Under the pieces are notes generated by a model, which worked only from the letters and a program-made list of their open reading frames with translations, made no database searches and was not told the origin of the DNA. From an uncultured Rivularia sp. (GTDB lineage Bacteria > Cyanobacteriota > Cyanobacteriia > Cyanobacteriales > Nostocaceae): a DNA stretch of 64,000 nucleotides. Position numbers and translations under genes: made by a program. Of the stretch, positions 22,007 through 33,238 are shown piece after piece (positions within the stretch are counted from its first letter, which is position 1; every line of letters starts with the position of its first letter). The stretch covers positions 8,256,001-8,320,000 of the forward strand of contig OY762007.1 in NCBI GenBank assembly GCA_963665115.1, in the 5' to 3' direction.

Positions 22007-22215
22007 ATGAAGGTTGAAGGTTAAAGGTTAAAGGTTAAAGGTCAAAGGTCAAAGGTGGGGAGTTAGGAGTTAGAAATGTAGTGGGAGCGTCTCGCTCCCT
22101 GCTCGCAACAATGTTTCTCCCCATCTACCCCATCTACCCCCTCTTCCCCCTCTCCCCCCTCTCCCCCCTCTCCCCCCTCTACCCCCTCTACCCCCTCTCC
22201 CCCCTCTACTAACAA

Positions 22216-23278
22216 CTAACCACTAACAACCAACTCAGCCTGCTCCCAACGTCCGACGGCTTTACCAATGACTGATAATTCTTGCATCAAACTATCGAAA
22301 CGTTCTGGTGATAAAGATTGAGGGTCCATCGGATAAAGCTTTGGCGGGGTTGGGATGAACTTCTATCATTAAGGAATCGCATCCTGCTGCTATAGCTGCC
22401 ATTGCCATTGAAGGAACAAGTTCTGATAAACCCGTACCGTGTGAAGGATCGATCGTAATTGGTAAATGAGTCAGCTTTCGCAACACTGGTATTGCTGATA
22501 AATCTAAGGTATTGCGAGTATACTGGCGGTCGAAGGAACGAATACCACGTTCGCATAAAATTACGTTGGGATTTCCCGAAGCAAGTACATATTCAGCAGC
22601 CATTAACCATTCTTCAATAGTTGCAGACATTCCCCGCTTCAGCAAAACCGGCTTTGGTTGCGCTCCTACTTTTTTGAGCAATGAGAAATTCTGCATATTT
22701 CTCGCACCCACTTGAACCACATCTGCAACTTCTGAGATTTTGTCTAAGTCAGCAGCATCCATTACCTCTGTAATAATTCCCAATCCGCTGACTTCCCTTG
22801 CTTTTGCTAACAATTCCAAAGCGCTTTCACCATGTCCCTGGAATGCATAAGGTGAAGTGCGGGGTTTGTAAGCACCACCACGTAGAAACTTAGCTCCAGC
22901 AGCTTTAACGCGCTGCGCTGTTTCTATAATCATTTCTTCATTTTCTACCGAACAAGGACCAGCTATTACCACTAAAGGATGATTTTCGCCAAATGTAACT
23001 TCTCCATCGGGAGTGCTAACTGCAATCCCTGAAGATTCCCCATGCCGAAACTGACGACTAGCACGTTTGTAGGGCTTCTCTACCCGCAATACCTGCTCAA
23101 TCCAAGGACTCACCTCTTGAATTTGCAGCGGATCTAAACTTGCTGTTTCTCCAACTAAACCAATTACTACCTTATGCTGACCAACTATTTTCTCTGATGT
23201 CAGCCCCAAAACACTCATTTCTTCACTGATACGTTTAATTTCCGCTTCGGGGGAACCGACTTTCATTACTATAATCAT
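22216..23278 (-). CDS. aroF: DAHP synthase (class I-beta, 3-deoxy-7-phosphoheptulonate synthase); +1 frameshift at ~22322-22324
   Basis: [31 protein letters not shown]; removing one base restores [14 protein letters not shown]... ending TAG at 22216. Confidence 0.92.
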
Positions 23279-23514
23279 GGAGAGCTTCCCGATATTTACT
23301 TTAATTGCTACTTAAAATTTAACGTTAATAGTTAATTATGGCTTAGTAGGGAGGAGGAGTTAGGAGTAGCAAGTAAGTCCCCTTATCTCCCTGTTCCCCG
23401 TTCCTTTAAACAAAGAATGAAGAACGAAAATTATGTTTCATCCTTCATTCTTCATGCATTTTCATTTTTTTAATTAGCTAGGCGATCGCCATCAGACAAA
23501 GTTCATCGCTAAAA

Positions 23515-23976
23515 TTAAACTTTCTTTTGCCGAGTCTCACGCCAACCTGCTACCATTCGTCCGAAGTTGGTGGTAAATTCGCTCCAACCGAGCAGAGTCC
23601 CCGCTCTTTGTTCCTCCCAAGAAGCTGAAAGAACCCCATAAGTGATTCCCACAACTCCTAAGCCAAATAACCCCATATTGACAAGTAATACAAGCAGGGG
23701 AGGAAGCTTGATATCGGCATAAATTATCAGCAAATAGCTGACAATCAAAGTCAAAATACCCAAAATGGTTGGTATTCCGGACAACCAAGCTACACGTCTA
23801 ACCATTCGCTGGCTAACAACTTGGGGAATAGCCATTTCTTGTTTAGTAAAAGGAGGTTTTCCAGAGTCCCCCTTTTCAACTTCTTCCTTAACAATCGGCG
23901 TTTGAGCTTTGGCTGGCTTTTGGCGTTTTTTATTCGGTTCAAAAGGTAAGCGGTTGCGTTCGGATTCGGCAGACAT
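23515..23976 (-). CDS. PAM68 family photosystem II assembly protein
   Basis: IPQVVSQRMVRR, two TM helices, YGVLSASW, G.LLGW.EF; adjacent to rpsO. Confidence 0.88.
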   Translation of the reverse strand: MSAESERNRLPFEPNKKRQKPAKAQTPIVKEEVEKGDSGKPPFTKQEMAIPQVVSQRMVRRVAWLSGIPTILGILTLIVSYLLIIYADIKLPPLLVLLVNMGLFGLGVVGITYGVLSASWEEQRAGTLLGWSEFTTNFGRMVAGWRETRQKKV

Positions 23977-23994
23977 AATCAGCGGCTCTTCTTT

Positions 23995-24264
23995 TTATCC
24001 ACGTATACCGAGACTGCGAATTAAAGTTTTATAACGTTCGCGGTCTCCACTTTGAATATAAGACAAAAGACGCTTACGTTGACCAATCATCTTCAATAAT
24101 CCACGACGGGAAGAATGATCTTTCTTATTACCTTGCAAATGTTTGCTCAAACGGTTAATCCGTTCGGTAAGCATCGCAACTTGCACTTCAGAAGAACCAG
24201 TATCGGTTTCGTGGACTTGATATTGAGTGATTAACTCTTGCTTTTTTTCTTGTGTTAGACTCAT
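23995..24264 (-). CDS. rpsO: 30S ribosomal protein S15
   Basis: [17 protein letters not shown]...[11 protein letters not shown]. Confidence 0.98.
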   Translation of the reverse strand: MSLTQEKKQELITQYQVHETDTGSSEVQVAMLTERINRLSKHLQGNKKDHSSRRGLLKMIGQRKRLLSYIQSGDRERYKTLIRSLGIRG

Positions 24265-24684
24265 AACCCGACTTTTTTTTCTCTAATCTAGGCAGCAGTT
24301 TCTCATATTATCACAGGCATTTGGCTGTGGGATTAATTGAGGTGCAGATGAGGGGATGGGGAGACAAGGAGATGGGGGGATGGGGGATGGGGAGATGGGG
24401 TAGAATTATTATTAACTCCCAACTCACTACTCCCAACTCCCAACTCCCAACTCACTACTCCCAACTCCCTACTCCCTACTCCCAACTCCCAACTCCCAAC
24501 TCACTACTCCCAACTCCCAACTCCCAACTCCCAACTCCCAACTCCCAACTCCCAACTCCCAACTCCCAACTCCCAACTCCCAACTCACTACTCCCAACTC
24601 CCAACTCACTACTCACTACTCCCTACTCCCTACTCCCAACTCCCTACTCCCTACTCCCTACTCCCAACTCCCTACTCACTACTC

Positions 24685-25512
24685 CTAACTCCCTACTGGT
24701 AACTGATTTGCAATCGGTTTACGAGTTTCCAAATCAAATTCGTATCCTTTCGGCAAAATATGCAGTTTCGCATTGCAAATTGCCAAGCCTTCATGCTTCA
24801 TAATATTGTCAATATTGCTGTGAGTGACATCTGACTCGTCAATTATGGTAACGGCATTTTCTCCAATGACTCGAATTTTGTTACCAATAACTAATATTGC
24901 GGTATTTTCATCAATTCCAAATCCTAAAACAGCTTTTCTCTGTTGCGTTAAAGCCGAAATCAAACGTCCTATACGAGCGCGTTGTAAAAAATGTTGGTCT
25001 ATAATTACTCCTGGTAAAAAACCCATTCCGGGAGACATTTTTACAATCTCCATCCGAGGATTGGTTTCGGAGTCGCCATCACATATCATAATATCGGGCA
25101 TTATCGCAGCTCCAGCACTCGTACCTGCTACTATCATTCCTTCAGAAAACTTTCGGTGAATCGCTGCACCCAAATCGGTATCTTTAATGGTATCGACAAT
25201 TTTTGCTTGATCCCCTCCGGTGAAAAATACCCCAGTAGCTTTCTCTATGTTCTCCAATACGGTAGAAGAATATGCATCTTCTTTGCTTCTGGTATCAATC
25301 ATCCGAGCATCTTCCGCACCTAAACGCTCAAATATGCTGATGTACTGTTTTCCTAGTTCTAATGGTAAATCTGTCGCAGCCGTAATAACTACAACCCTTG
25401 CTTTTGTACCACCGGCATAGCGAACAAATTCTCGCAGAATCTCGCATTCCCCTTGTCTATCCTCCGCACCGCCAATAATTAATAGCGGTCCACGGGTGCT
25501 ATTCTGCGTCAT
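24685..25512 (-). CDS. cphB: Cyanophycinase (peptidase S51)
   Basis: IIGGAED, FTGGDQ, GTSAGA, IDQHF, GIDENTA. Confidence 0.9.
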   Translation of the reverse strand: MTQNSTRGPLLIIGGAEDRQGECEILREFVRYAGGTKARVVVITAATDLPLELGKQYISIFERLGAEDARMIDTRSKEDAYSSTVLENIEKATGVFFTGGDQAKIVDTIKDTDLGAAIHRKFSEGMIVAGTSAGAAIMPDIMICDGDSETNPRMEIVKMSPGMGFLPGVIIDQHFLQRARIGRLISALTQQRKAVLGFGIDENTAILVIGNKIRVIGENAVTIIDESDVTHSNIDNIMKHEGLAICNAKLHILPKGYEFDLETRKPIANQLPVGS

Positions 25513-25854
25513 CTAATCTCCGAGTATTTACTTAAAAAAATATTTAATTCATCATCATAATTTAAATCATAAGGTTAGTTGTATTTATTTGGCTATAGCC
25601 TATTAAGCATTTAAAAACAGAGAAGGGAGAACGGAGAAAGGGGAACGGCGATCGCAAATATAGCGCTTTTCAGTTGGATATCCAAACAAAATATTCAATT
25701 ACTCCCTTCCCGGCTCTACGATTACCGATTTTAAAAACCGCAGAGAGCGCAAAGGAAAGAGGTTTCATAGATATTGGTAATCTTAAAGCGGAATGGGAGT
25801 AATGAAGGCGCAGGTACTCAAAATATTTTTTGGAAGTCGCTAATAACGCTCCAA

Positions 25855-26608
25855 CTAATTAGTAGAACCTTTATAAATTCGATTCATTTGTTCCCTCGAT
25901 AACCGTGTCATGGGGAAACCAAGATCCTCGTAATTTGTTGTATCTATTACTGGTTCGGCTACTTCTTCAGTCTCGAATTCATTTACTTGGCTTTGGGGTG
26001 TAGTATAAGCATGAGTTACTGGGTCGTATGCTAAAATTTCCCCGGTTTCAATTTGATAAATCCAAGCGTAAATACTAATTTGCTTTTGATAAAGTTTGGA
26101 GTGAATAAATGGGTAAGTGCGTAAATTATCGATTTGCGTCAAAACATTCTCAGCAACCATAATTTCGAGTAAATCTTCCTCTTCATATTCGCTGTAATGG
26201 TCATAAACCAAACGTCGGGTAGCTTCGGCATACTTAAGCCAATCAAATACCAAAGGCATATCTGACTGTAATTTGTTTAGCTTCATAAGCCCTTTCATTG
26301 CCCCACAATGGGAATGACCGCAAATAATAATTTGGTTAATACATAAAGCCTGTAAAGCATACTCAATAGTTGCTCCTTCGCCGCCATTTGTGGCTCCATA
26401 AGGAGGAATAATATTACCGGCATTGCGAATTACAAATATTTCGCCAACCCCAGCTTGAGTAATTAAATTAGGGTCTACGCGAGAGTCAGAACAAGTAATA
26501 AATAAGACCCTTGGCTTTTGCCCGTGGGAAAGTTGTTCAAATAATTCTCTATGGGTGCTGTAATAATTAGCTTTAAATTCACGCAGACCCCTTTACTAAT
26601 TTTTTCAT
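25855..26608 (-). CDS. Beta-class carbonic anhydrase; +1 frameshift at ~26588-26591 near the start
   Basis: Frame upstream of the listed ORF encodes FITCSDSR, RNAGN, CGHSHCGAM; removing one base joins it to ATG 26608 (MKKLVKGLREF), giving 250 aa. Confidence 0.9.
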
Positions 26609-26896
26609 TTATCTTTGGAGTGGAAGAGTGGAGGACAAGGGATGGGGAGAGGAAGCCGCCGTAGGCAGGGGAGGCAGAGGAAGCAGGGGAGGCAATTAAT
26701 TTTATTTCTTAATTAATTAATTATTTATTTTCTTCCTCTGCTCCCTCCGTTCCCTCCGCTCTCTTTAACCCGAAGCCCTATTATTCACCTTCTCACATTT
26801 CGGTAATAATGTTCTACTCCGCATTTTGGAACATTTGTTTTCAAGTTTTAGAAACCCCCAACCCCCTTCGGAATTGTGGGTTTTGCGTAAGTCTTA

Positions 26897-27433
26897 TTAA
26901 TTTTGAATGCTCGCAGCACATCCAAAATAATTTATTTTCATATCTACAACTGGACGAGCCATTTTTTCAACATAGACAACTGGCTGACAGTCGGTCATTT
27001 GCAAAGGTTCTTCTGCCATCGTTAAATCTATACCAAAGTGTTCTTGAAACAATGTTTCTGTTTCTGCAAAAGCCTTATATAAATTGTCTCTATCTGTTGT
27101 GCCACGCTTGCCGAAATAAGGAAAATGATGAATAAATCTACCGAACAACATTTCGCAGTCTTCAACATATTTCATCGTGTCAAGAATATGATGGTGCCAA
27201 ACTCGATCTATTTCCTGAGTCGGAACTAATTTACGGTTGGGATAAAGATAAATCAAACACAGAAACATCGAATAACGATCGATTGCTTGATTTGTTTGTT
27301 CAAATGTCCATTTTTCATCCGAAGAGTTAATCAATTGATAAGCAATAGACCTTAAATCTAACTGCTTCAGTTTTTTTCTGAATAATTCGATATCTTGAGA
27401 TAAACCTCTTTGAGTTGATAACATAATTGCCAT
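26897..27433 (-). CDS. GRDP/DUF1399-like ('glycine-rich domain-containing-like') His-motif protein; probable start 27433 or 27424
   Basis: Y..FL.L...YP, VPT.EID.VWH.HILDT.KY..DC, FIHH.PYFG. Confidence 0.7.
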   Translation of the reverse strand: MAIMLSTQRGLSQDIELFRKKLKQLDLRSIAYQLINSSDEKWTFEQTNQAIDRYSMFLCLIYLYPNRKLVPTQEIDRVWHHHILDTMKYVEDCEMLFGRFIHHFPYFGKRGTTDRDNLYKAFAETETLFQEHFGIDLTMAEEPLQMTDCQPVVYVEKMARPVVDMKINYFGCAASIQN

Positions 27434-27926
27434 TATTCCAGTTTTATAAGGTATTAGGGACGCAATTCCATCAACAAAGTAGGTAGACGCAGGCAAATTG
27501 CAACTGTGCGACAAAAAAATAAACTTTATTAAAATCAAACCCCGATTTGCTTCTATGTTTTTATACAAATTGAAATCTCATATTTCTGATTCCAATTGCT
27601 AAAGTGTCATATCTGTAATCTGGTAATTTTGCAGTTTTTGTTATTAGCAATACATTTGTAATAGTATTTAGATGTATTGGCGATCGCAGTTTTTTTCTTT
27701 CACGTACAATATGTCTATTTTTTGACTAAATAAAAAATTGTATTAGCGACACTATGATAGCGAAGAGAAGCAAAATACTATTTTCAGTTTTTTAGCTCAA
27801 ATCCACTTTTAAAAGTGTTACACCGAAAACTTTGAAAATTTAGCTATCGTTCTAGTTGAGAAGTGATATTATTGCGGTGCATAATGCACCATTGTTACGT
27901 ACACAGCAGTATAAAAAACATCAGGT

Positions 27927-30314
27927 ATGGGTTTATCTAAGATTGCACTGCTATTATGGAAAGCTGCTTTACAAAGTCGCAAATATTCTCAAAAAGATCC
28001 GAAGTCTGGCAACGCAACCGAATATTTAAATCCAGAAGTAGATAAAAAATTTGGAAATCTTCTGGGATGGATAATCGCAGAGCAAATTTCGCACGATTTG
28101 ATTGATATAGATATAGATATTGATATAGATAACTGGGTAATACCTTCAGCATCAAGTTTAGCTAATGGCGATAGAGGCAACAAAGCTGAACGCCAAGATG
28201 AAAGTCAGTTAGATATAATACCCGCGTATTATGCTGAAAAAATATCTGCTGAAGAAAAAGATCGTACCCTAAAAAAAATAATTACGTTATATAGCTACCA
28301 AGAGTTAATTAAAAATAATAATTCAATTAAAGATAATAAATTTAAGTTAATTTACCATAATTTACCAGCCCGCGATTGCAATACGTTTGTTGGTAGGGAT
28401 GCAGAAATTGAAAGTTTGCAGCAATTATTATCTTTTGAAAGCTCCACTCCTCGTATAAGTCTTGAAGGTTTGGGAGGCGTGGGAAAGACTACTTTGATTT
28501 TAGATGTTGCTTATCGCTATTTGTTAGAAGGTAAAAATTTAGATTATCCTTTTGAAGCGATAGTATTTACCTCAGCGAAACCACAACACTTTACAAGCAA
28601 AGGTATTTTACCGCGATTATTGCGAGAACGAACTTTGCAGGATATTTTACGGGCTATAGCACGCACTATCAAATGTCCCGATACTGCAACTACTAACTTT
28701 AGAGAGACTTACGAACAAGTTTATAATCGTCTGGCAACTATGCCGACTTTACTAATAATAGATAATCTAGACGCTTTAGAAGAACAACAAGAAGTTATAA
28801 GTTTTTTATACGAATTGCCTGCAACAGTAAAAGTTGTTATCACCAGTCGAGAAACTACCCCCTTTACCAGAATTAGTTTAAATCCTTTAACGGCAACTGA
28901 AGGATTAAAATTAATTCAACATCAAGCCGTAGAAAAAAATGTAGAATTAGCTTTAGATAAATCCCGACAACTTTATCAAACTACCGGGGGAATTCCCGCA
29001 GCAATTGTTTATGCTGTGAGTCAGTTAGCGTTTGGATACAGGTTTGCTGATGTTTCTCCAATAATTACGCGGCATCAAGGGGATTTCTCGCGATTTTACT
29101 TTGAAAATTCGATGCAACCGTTGAAAGGGGATTCATCTCATTCAATTTTAATGGCTTTAGCGCTTTTTCCTAAGCCAGCGTTGTTTGAATCAATTTGCCA
29201 TGTTGCAGGAGTAAAAGATAATAATACAGCAGTAGATGCTTTTGCTAAATTGCAGCAATTATCTTTAATTAGTTGCAAGCAAGGACGTTATACGATGTTA
29301 CCTTTAACTCGTGAATATGCTTTGTGTGAATTATTTGCGAACCCAGAATTTGAATCGCTTGCACGTCAGCGTTGGGTTAATTGTTATCTTGATATTTCTC
29401 AAAAATACGGTGGTAAATATGAGAAAGAATGGAATGATTATCAAGAATTAGAAGCAGAATGGGATAATCTTTGTGAAGTAGTAGAATGGTGCATTGCTGA
29501 AGATAAATATACTGAGGCGTGCAGTTTGTGGAAATATATAAATTGTTATACTTATTCCCAGGGATATCGTCAAAACCGGCTTAGTTACTGGGATACTCCC
29601 CTAAATTGGTTGGAATGGTTGATTGAAGCAGCCCAAAAACGGCAAGACTTACCAAATATTGCCAGAATGATGAGCGATTATGCTTGGAAACTAATTTTAA
29701 TCGGACAACCGCAACATTTAAACCAAGCAGATAATTTACTTTGCCAAGCTTGGAAACTACGTCAAAATTTAACAGCTAACGAGCAAGCAAATTTAGCAAT
29801 TCGGATTGTGGTTTGGTACATTCAATTCAAACAATTCGGATTTGCAAAATTTTGGATTAACCAAGTTCAAACTATCTTAGACGATTCGTTTATTGAAGAA
29901 TCCGTGTCAATTCATCTTTACCTGCAAATTCTCTACTATAAAGGAGAAATTTACTATAAAGATGGCGATTATCAAAGAAGCCAACTACTATTTCAAGAAA
30001 TTGTCCAGCAATCCCGGAATATTGGCTGGCAAAGAATGATATTTCTTGCTAAAGACTTTTTAGCAGACATATCAATTAAACAAGGAAAGTTAAAACAAGC
30101 GCAACAATTTTTGATAGAAGGCATACAAACAGCCCAAGAAAATCGCGATAATTGTAGTAAAGCTTATATGATGCGTTCCTTAGCCAGATTAGAACTTCAC
30201 CAAGGAAACTTGAATTTAGCCCAAACTTGGGCAAATAAAGCTAAAGCAGGTTTTGATAGTTTGGGTATGGTTTCCGAAGCAGAAGAAACGCAAGCTTTGT
30301 TGTATGGGGAGTAG
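27927..30314 (+). CDS. STAND (NB-ARC) NTPase with C-terminal TPR-like repeats
   Basis: HNLP....FVGR, GLGGVGKT, LLIIDNLD, VITSRE, GGIPAAI, RYTMLPLTREYA, helical repeat C-terminus. Confidence 0.88.
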   Translation: MGLSKIALLLWKAALQSRKYSQKDPKSGNATEYLNPEVDKKFGNLLGWIIAEQISHDLIDIDIDIDIDNWVIPSASSLANGDRGNKAERQDESQLDIIPAYYAEKISAEEKDRTLKKIITLYSYQELIKNNNSIKDNKFKLIYHNLPARDCNTFVGRDAEIESLQQLLSFESSTPRISLEGLGGVGKTTLILDVAYRYLLEGKNLDYPFEAIVFTSAKPQHFTSKGILPRLLRERTLQDILRAIARTIKCPDTATTNFRETYEQVYNRLATMPTLLIIDNLDALEEQQEVISFLYELPATVKVVITSRETTPFTRISLNPLTATEGLKLIQHQAVEKNVELALDKSRQLYQTTGGIPAAIVYAVSQLAFGYRFADVSPIITRHQGDFSRFYFENSMQPLKGDSSHSILMALALFPKPALFESICHVAGVKDNNTAVDAFAKLQQLSLISCKQGRYTMLPLTREYALCELFANPEFESLARQRWVNCYLDISQKYGGKYEKEWNDYQELEAEWDNLCEVVEWCIAEDKYTEACSLWKYINCYTYSQGYRQNRLSYWDTPLNWLEWLIEAAQKRQDLPNIARMMSDYAWKLILIGQPQHLNQADNLLCQAWKLRQNLTANEQANLAIRIVVWYIQFKQFGFAKFWINQVQTILDDSFIEESVSIHLYLQILYYKGEIYYKDGDYQRSQLLFQEIVQQSRNIGWQRMIFLAKDFLADISIKQGKLKQAQQFLIEGIQTAQENRDNCSKAYMMRSLARLELHQGNLNLAQTWANKAKAGFDSLGMVSEAEETQALLYGE

Positions 30315-30504
30315 GGAATTGGTAATTGGTAATTGGTAATTGGTAATTGATAATTGATAATTGATAAACTGCACCAGTTTCAGAAACCCGGTTTCTTAGT
30401 TTCTATTTTCCATTCCCTATTACCCATGCCCCATCCCCAATTCGCTTTAAACTAATTTCTGAAATTTTGGGAATACTTGATATATCTCAAAATCTCTGAG
30501 AAAT

Positions 30505-31869
30505 ATGATAACTAATAATAGCCAACAAAATCCTACCCGTCGTCTGACTATACTTTATATTTCTTCTTTAGCTGTTGTGGCGTGTTTATCAATTGCGGGA
30601 GAAGCAGTAGTACAGCGCTTGCTATCTCAGCAGCGAATAGACATTCAGGTAATTAGCAACGTTCAACATCAACAGCTACTCAGTCAAAGATTAGCAAAAT
30701 TAGCTTTAGCACTCAAGCTGACACAAGATGATACTAGCCGTCAAAGTTTGGTTGATGACTTTGAGCAAACTATTAGAGAATGGGAAACTACAGAAAAAAA
30801 TTTAGAAGAGTTGGGAAATACGGTAAATGTTTCAACAGGTAGAACTACTCAAATTAAGAATATTATCGACCAAATTCATCCAAACTGTAAAAAAATGGTT
30901 GATGCTGCCAAACAATTATTATCAACTGCACAATCGGGAAAAACTCAACCACGTTTAATACTTTCGCAACCTTTGAGGCAAATTACAGCCAGCGAAAGAG
31001 GGTTTGAAAAGGAAGTTGATAAAGTAATCCTTGAATATAACGAATATACCGCAGCAGCAGTTACCGAACTAAAGCATATTGAAATGGTATTGCTTGTTCT
31101 AACTTTACTAATATTGATATTTGAAGGATTCTTAATATTTCGTCCCGCAGTCAAGAAACTTCGGACTACGTTTAATCAACTAACAGAAGAACAAAAAAAA
31201 TCCGAACATTTACTGCTCAATATATTGCCTGAAAGCGTAGTTCATCGGCTCAAAGAACAACCAACTACGATTGCTGAAGCTTTTGGGGAAGTTACGGTGT
31301 TATTTGCCGATATAGTCGGTTTTACCCAGCTTTCTACTCAAGTTTCCCCTCAAAAATTAGTTGCATTACTTAACCGGATTTTTTCAGCTTTTGATGAACT
31401 TGCTGAAAAACATGGTTTAGAAAAAATCAAGACTATTGGCGATGCTTACATGGTGGTTGGGGGCTTACCAATTCCTCGAAAAGACCATGCAGAAGCAATA
31501 GTAGAAATGGCGTTAGATATGCAGCAAGCCATTAATGAATTTAACATTGAAACCGGCTCTAATTGTAATATTCGGATTGGCATCAACAGTGGGCCAGTTG
31601 TTGCGGGTGTCATAGGTATTAAAAAGTTTATTTACGATTTGTGGGGTGACACCGTTAATATAGCCAGTCGCATGGAATCACACGGAATTCCCGGTAATAT
31701 TCAGATATCTCAAACTACTTACGAGCAAGTAAAAGATATTTTCAAAGATAAATTCAAGCATAAATATACATTAGAATCACGAGGCTTGATTCAAATCAAA
31801 GGTAAAGGTGAAATGCAGACGTATTTGGTGAAATCAGCGAGCAGTGAACAGTTAAGAGTTAGTAGTTAG
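30505..31869 (+). CDS. Membrane class III adenylate cyclase with PilJ/NarX-like periplasmic domain
   Basis: Two TM helices; LFADIVGFT, EKIKTIGDAYM, YDLWGDTVNIASRMES (K/D residues indicate ATP specificity). Confidence 0.9.
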   Translation: MITNNSQQNPTRRLTILYISSLAVVACLSIAGEAVVQRLLSQQRIDIQVISNVQHQQLLSQRLAKLALALKLTQDDTSRQSLVDDFEQTIREWETTEKNLEELGNTVNVSTGRTTQIKNIIDQIHPNCKKMVDAAKQLLSTAQSGKTQPRLILSQPLRQITASERGFEKEVDKVILEYNEYTAAAVTELKHIEMVLLVLTLLILIFEGFLIFRPAVKKLRTTFNQLTEEQKKSEHLLLNILPESVVHRLKEQPTTIAEAFGEVTVLFADIVGFTQLSTQVSPQKLVALLNRIFSAFDELAEKHGLEKIKTIGDAYMVVGGLPIPRKDHAEAIVEMALDMQQAINEFNIETGSNCNIRIGINSGPVVAGVIGIKKFIYDLWGDTVNIASRMESHGIPGNIQISQTTYEQVKDIFKDKFKHKYTLESRGLIQIKGKGEMQTYLVKSASSEQLRVSS

Positions 31870-32000
31870 TAGTTAATTATTCTTCTATTTATTTCGCTAT
31901 CTCCCCATTGATAATTATCGATTTATTCGGTTATCCTGATGCATTGTGTGGGTGTTGTAAAGCACAATAAGATTATACGGTGTTGAAGGAGTGAAAAATT

Positions 32001-32984
32001 ATGTCTATTCGGGGTGTGAGTTTAACTCGAAATCAAGTTAAACAGTTGTTTAGTGGAGCTATGCTCTGCTTGAGCTTAAGTATGACAGTCGCTTGTCAGC
32101 AAGCTGAAAAAAAATCATCTAATAATGATTCTAAAAATTTAACGGTACAGCCTGCTAATTCTAAAAACGATAAAGATATTGCTGCCATACCACAGAAAAC
32201 ACCAGGAGAAATCACGGTAATACCAACTCCTTTTCCTTCCCCAACATCAACCGCTCAACCGCAAGCAAATTCAGATGCTCCCAAAACGGTAGCTAGGGTA
32301 CCGCAAAATCCTTCCTCACCATCTGAAAATCAGTCTGCTGCTGAATCTAATAATTCTATTCCCAAAGCTCTAACCGAAAAACTTTCTCCTCAAGCTGCTT
32401 CTCAACCAAATATTCCCCAACCACAGCCACAAGTAGAAACTCGCACTCAACCGAGTTCCCCTAAGCCTGTTGTTCAAGCTTTGAGAAAGGCTGCTAAAAA
32501 TCCTGGGAGAAGAATCGCGGCTGCGAGCAATACAAATGTGTACCGGAGTCGCAGGTTAGGTGTTAATTTCAAGTATCCCAAAGGCTTTGTGATTAAAGAA
32601 CCCCAAGATACATCTAATCCATCAAACGTTTTGGAATTATGGAGCCTTAAAGATTACCAAGCAATTGAATCTGGTAAATTTAAAAATACATTTACTCCGG
32701 GAAATATGAGTATTTCCGTGGAGAATAATCCTCAAGGTTTATCTTTGGTTCAATGGGTAACTAATAATGATGAACTCGGAGATATCATACCAGAAAGCTA
32801 TGATACTCACGTTGTTGCTGGAAAGGAAGCAATGTCTTTTCGTACTGATGGTTTATATTATTTCCAAAACTTAGTATTACCTAGCAGTGATGGTAAAAAG
32901 GTAATTCTAATTAGTTTTGCTCAAGGAGATAAGAGTTATCAACAGGTTTTTGAGCAAGTTGTTTCTACTTTACAAGTTAATTAG
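32001..32984 (+). CDS. Hypothetical lipoprotein with Pro/Ser/Gln-rich linker
   Basis: Lipobox TVAC, low-complexity middle, globular C-terminal domain (F.YP motif). Confidence 0.7.
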   Translation: MSIRGVSLTRNQVKQLFSGAMLCLSLSMTVACQQAEKKSSNNDSKNLTVQPANSKNDKDIAAIPQKTPGEITVIPTPFPSPTSTAQPQANSDAPKTVARVPQNPSSPSENQSAAESNNSIPKALTEKLSPQAASQPNIPQPQPQVETRTQPSSPKPVVQALRKAAKNPGRRIAAASNTNVYRSRRLGVNFKYPKGFVIKEPQDTSNPSNVLELWSLKDYQAIESGKFKNTFTPGNMSISVENNPQGLSLVQWVTNNDELGDIIPESYDTHVVAGKEAMSFRTDGLYYFQNLVLPSSDGKKVILISFAQGDKSYQQVFEQVVSTLQVN

Positions 32985-33238
32985 AAAGTTGGGAATTGGG
33001 AATGGGGGATAGGGCATTGGGCATGGCAGATGGGGAGACAAGGAGACAAGGAGACAAGGAGAAGAGGAATTAATTATTAAATCAACTACTAACTCACTAC
33101 TGACTACTTATAAGCTGTTGCGTATTCAATTTGTATATGAGAAGCGGGCAAGATGCCCGCACTACAATCGTTCAAATTCTTTACCTTATACAATTTAGCT
33201 GCACCTCAGCTTAAGTCACGACTCTCTACTCTCTACTC

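Noticed and set aside
24321..24803. 160-aa ORF of PTPNSQL repeats
   Set aside because: Translation of the STRR heptamer tract; overlaps cphB antisense
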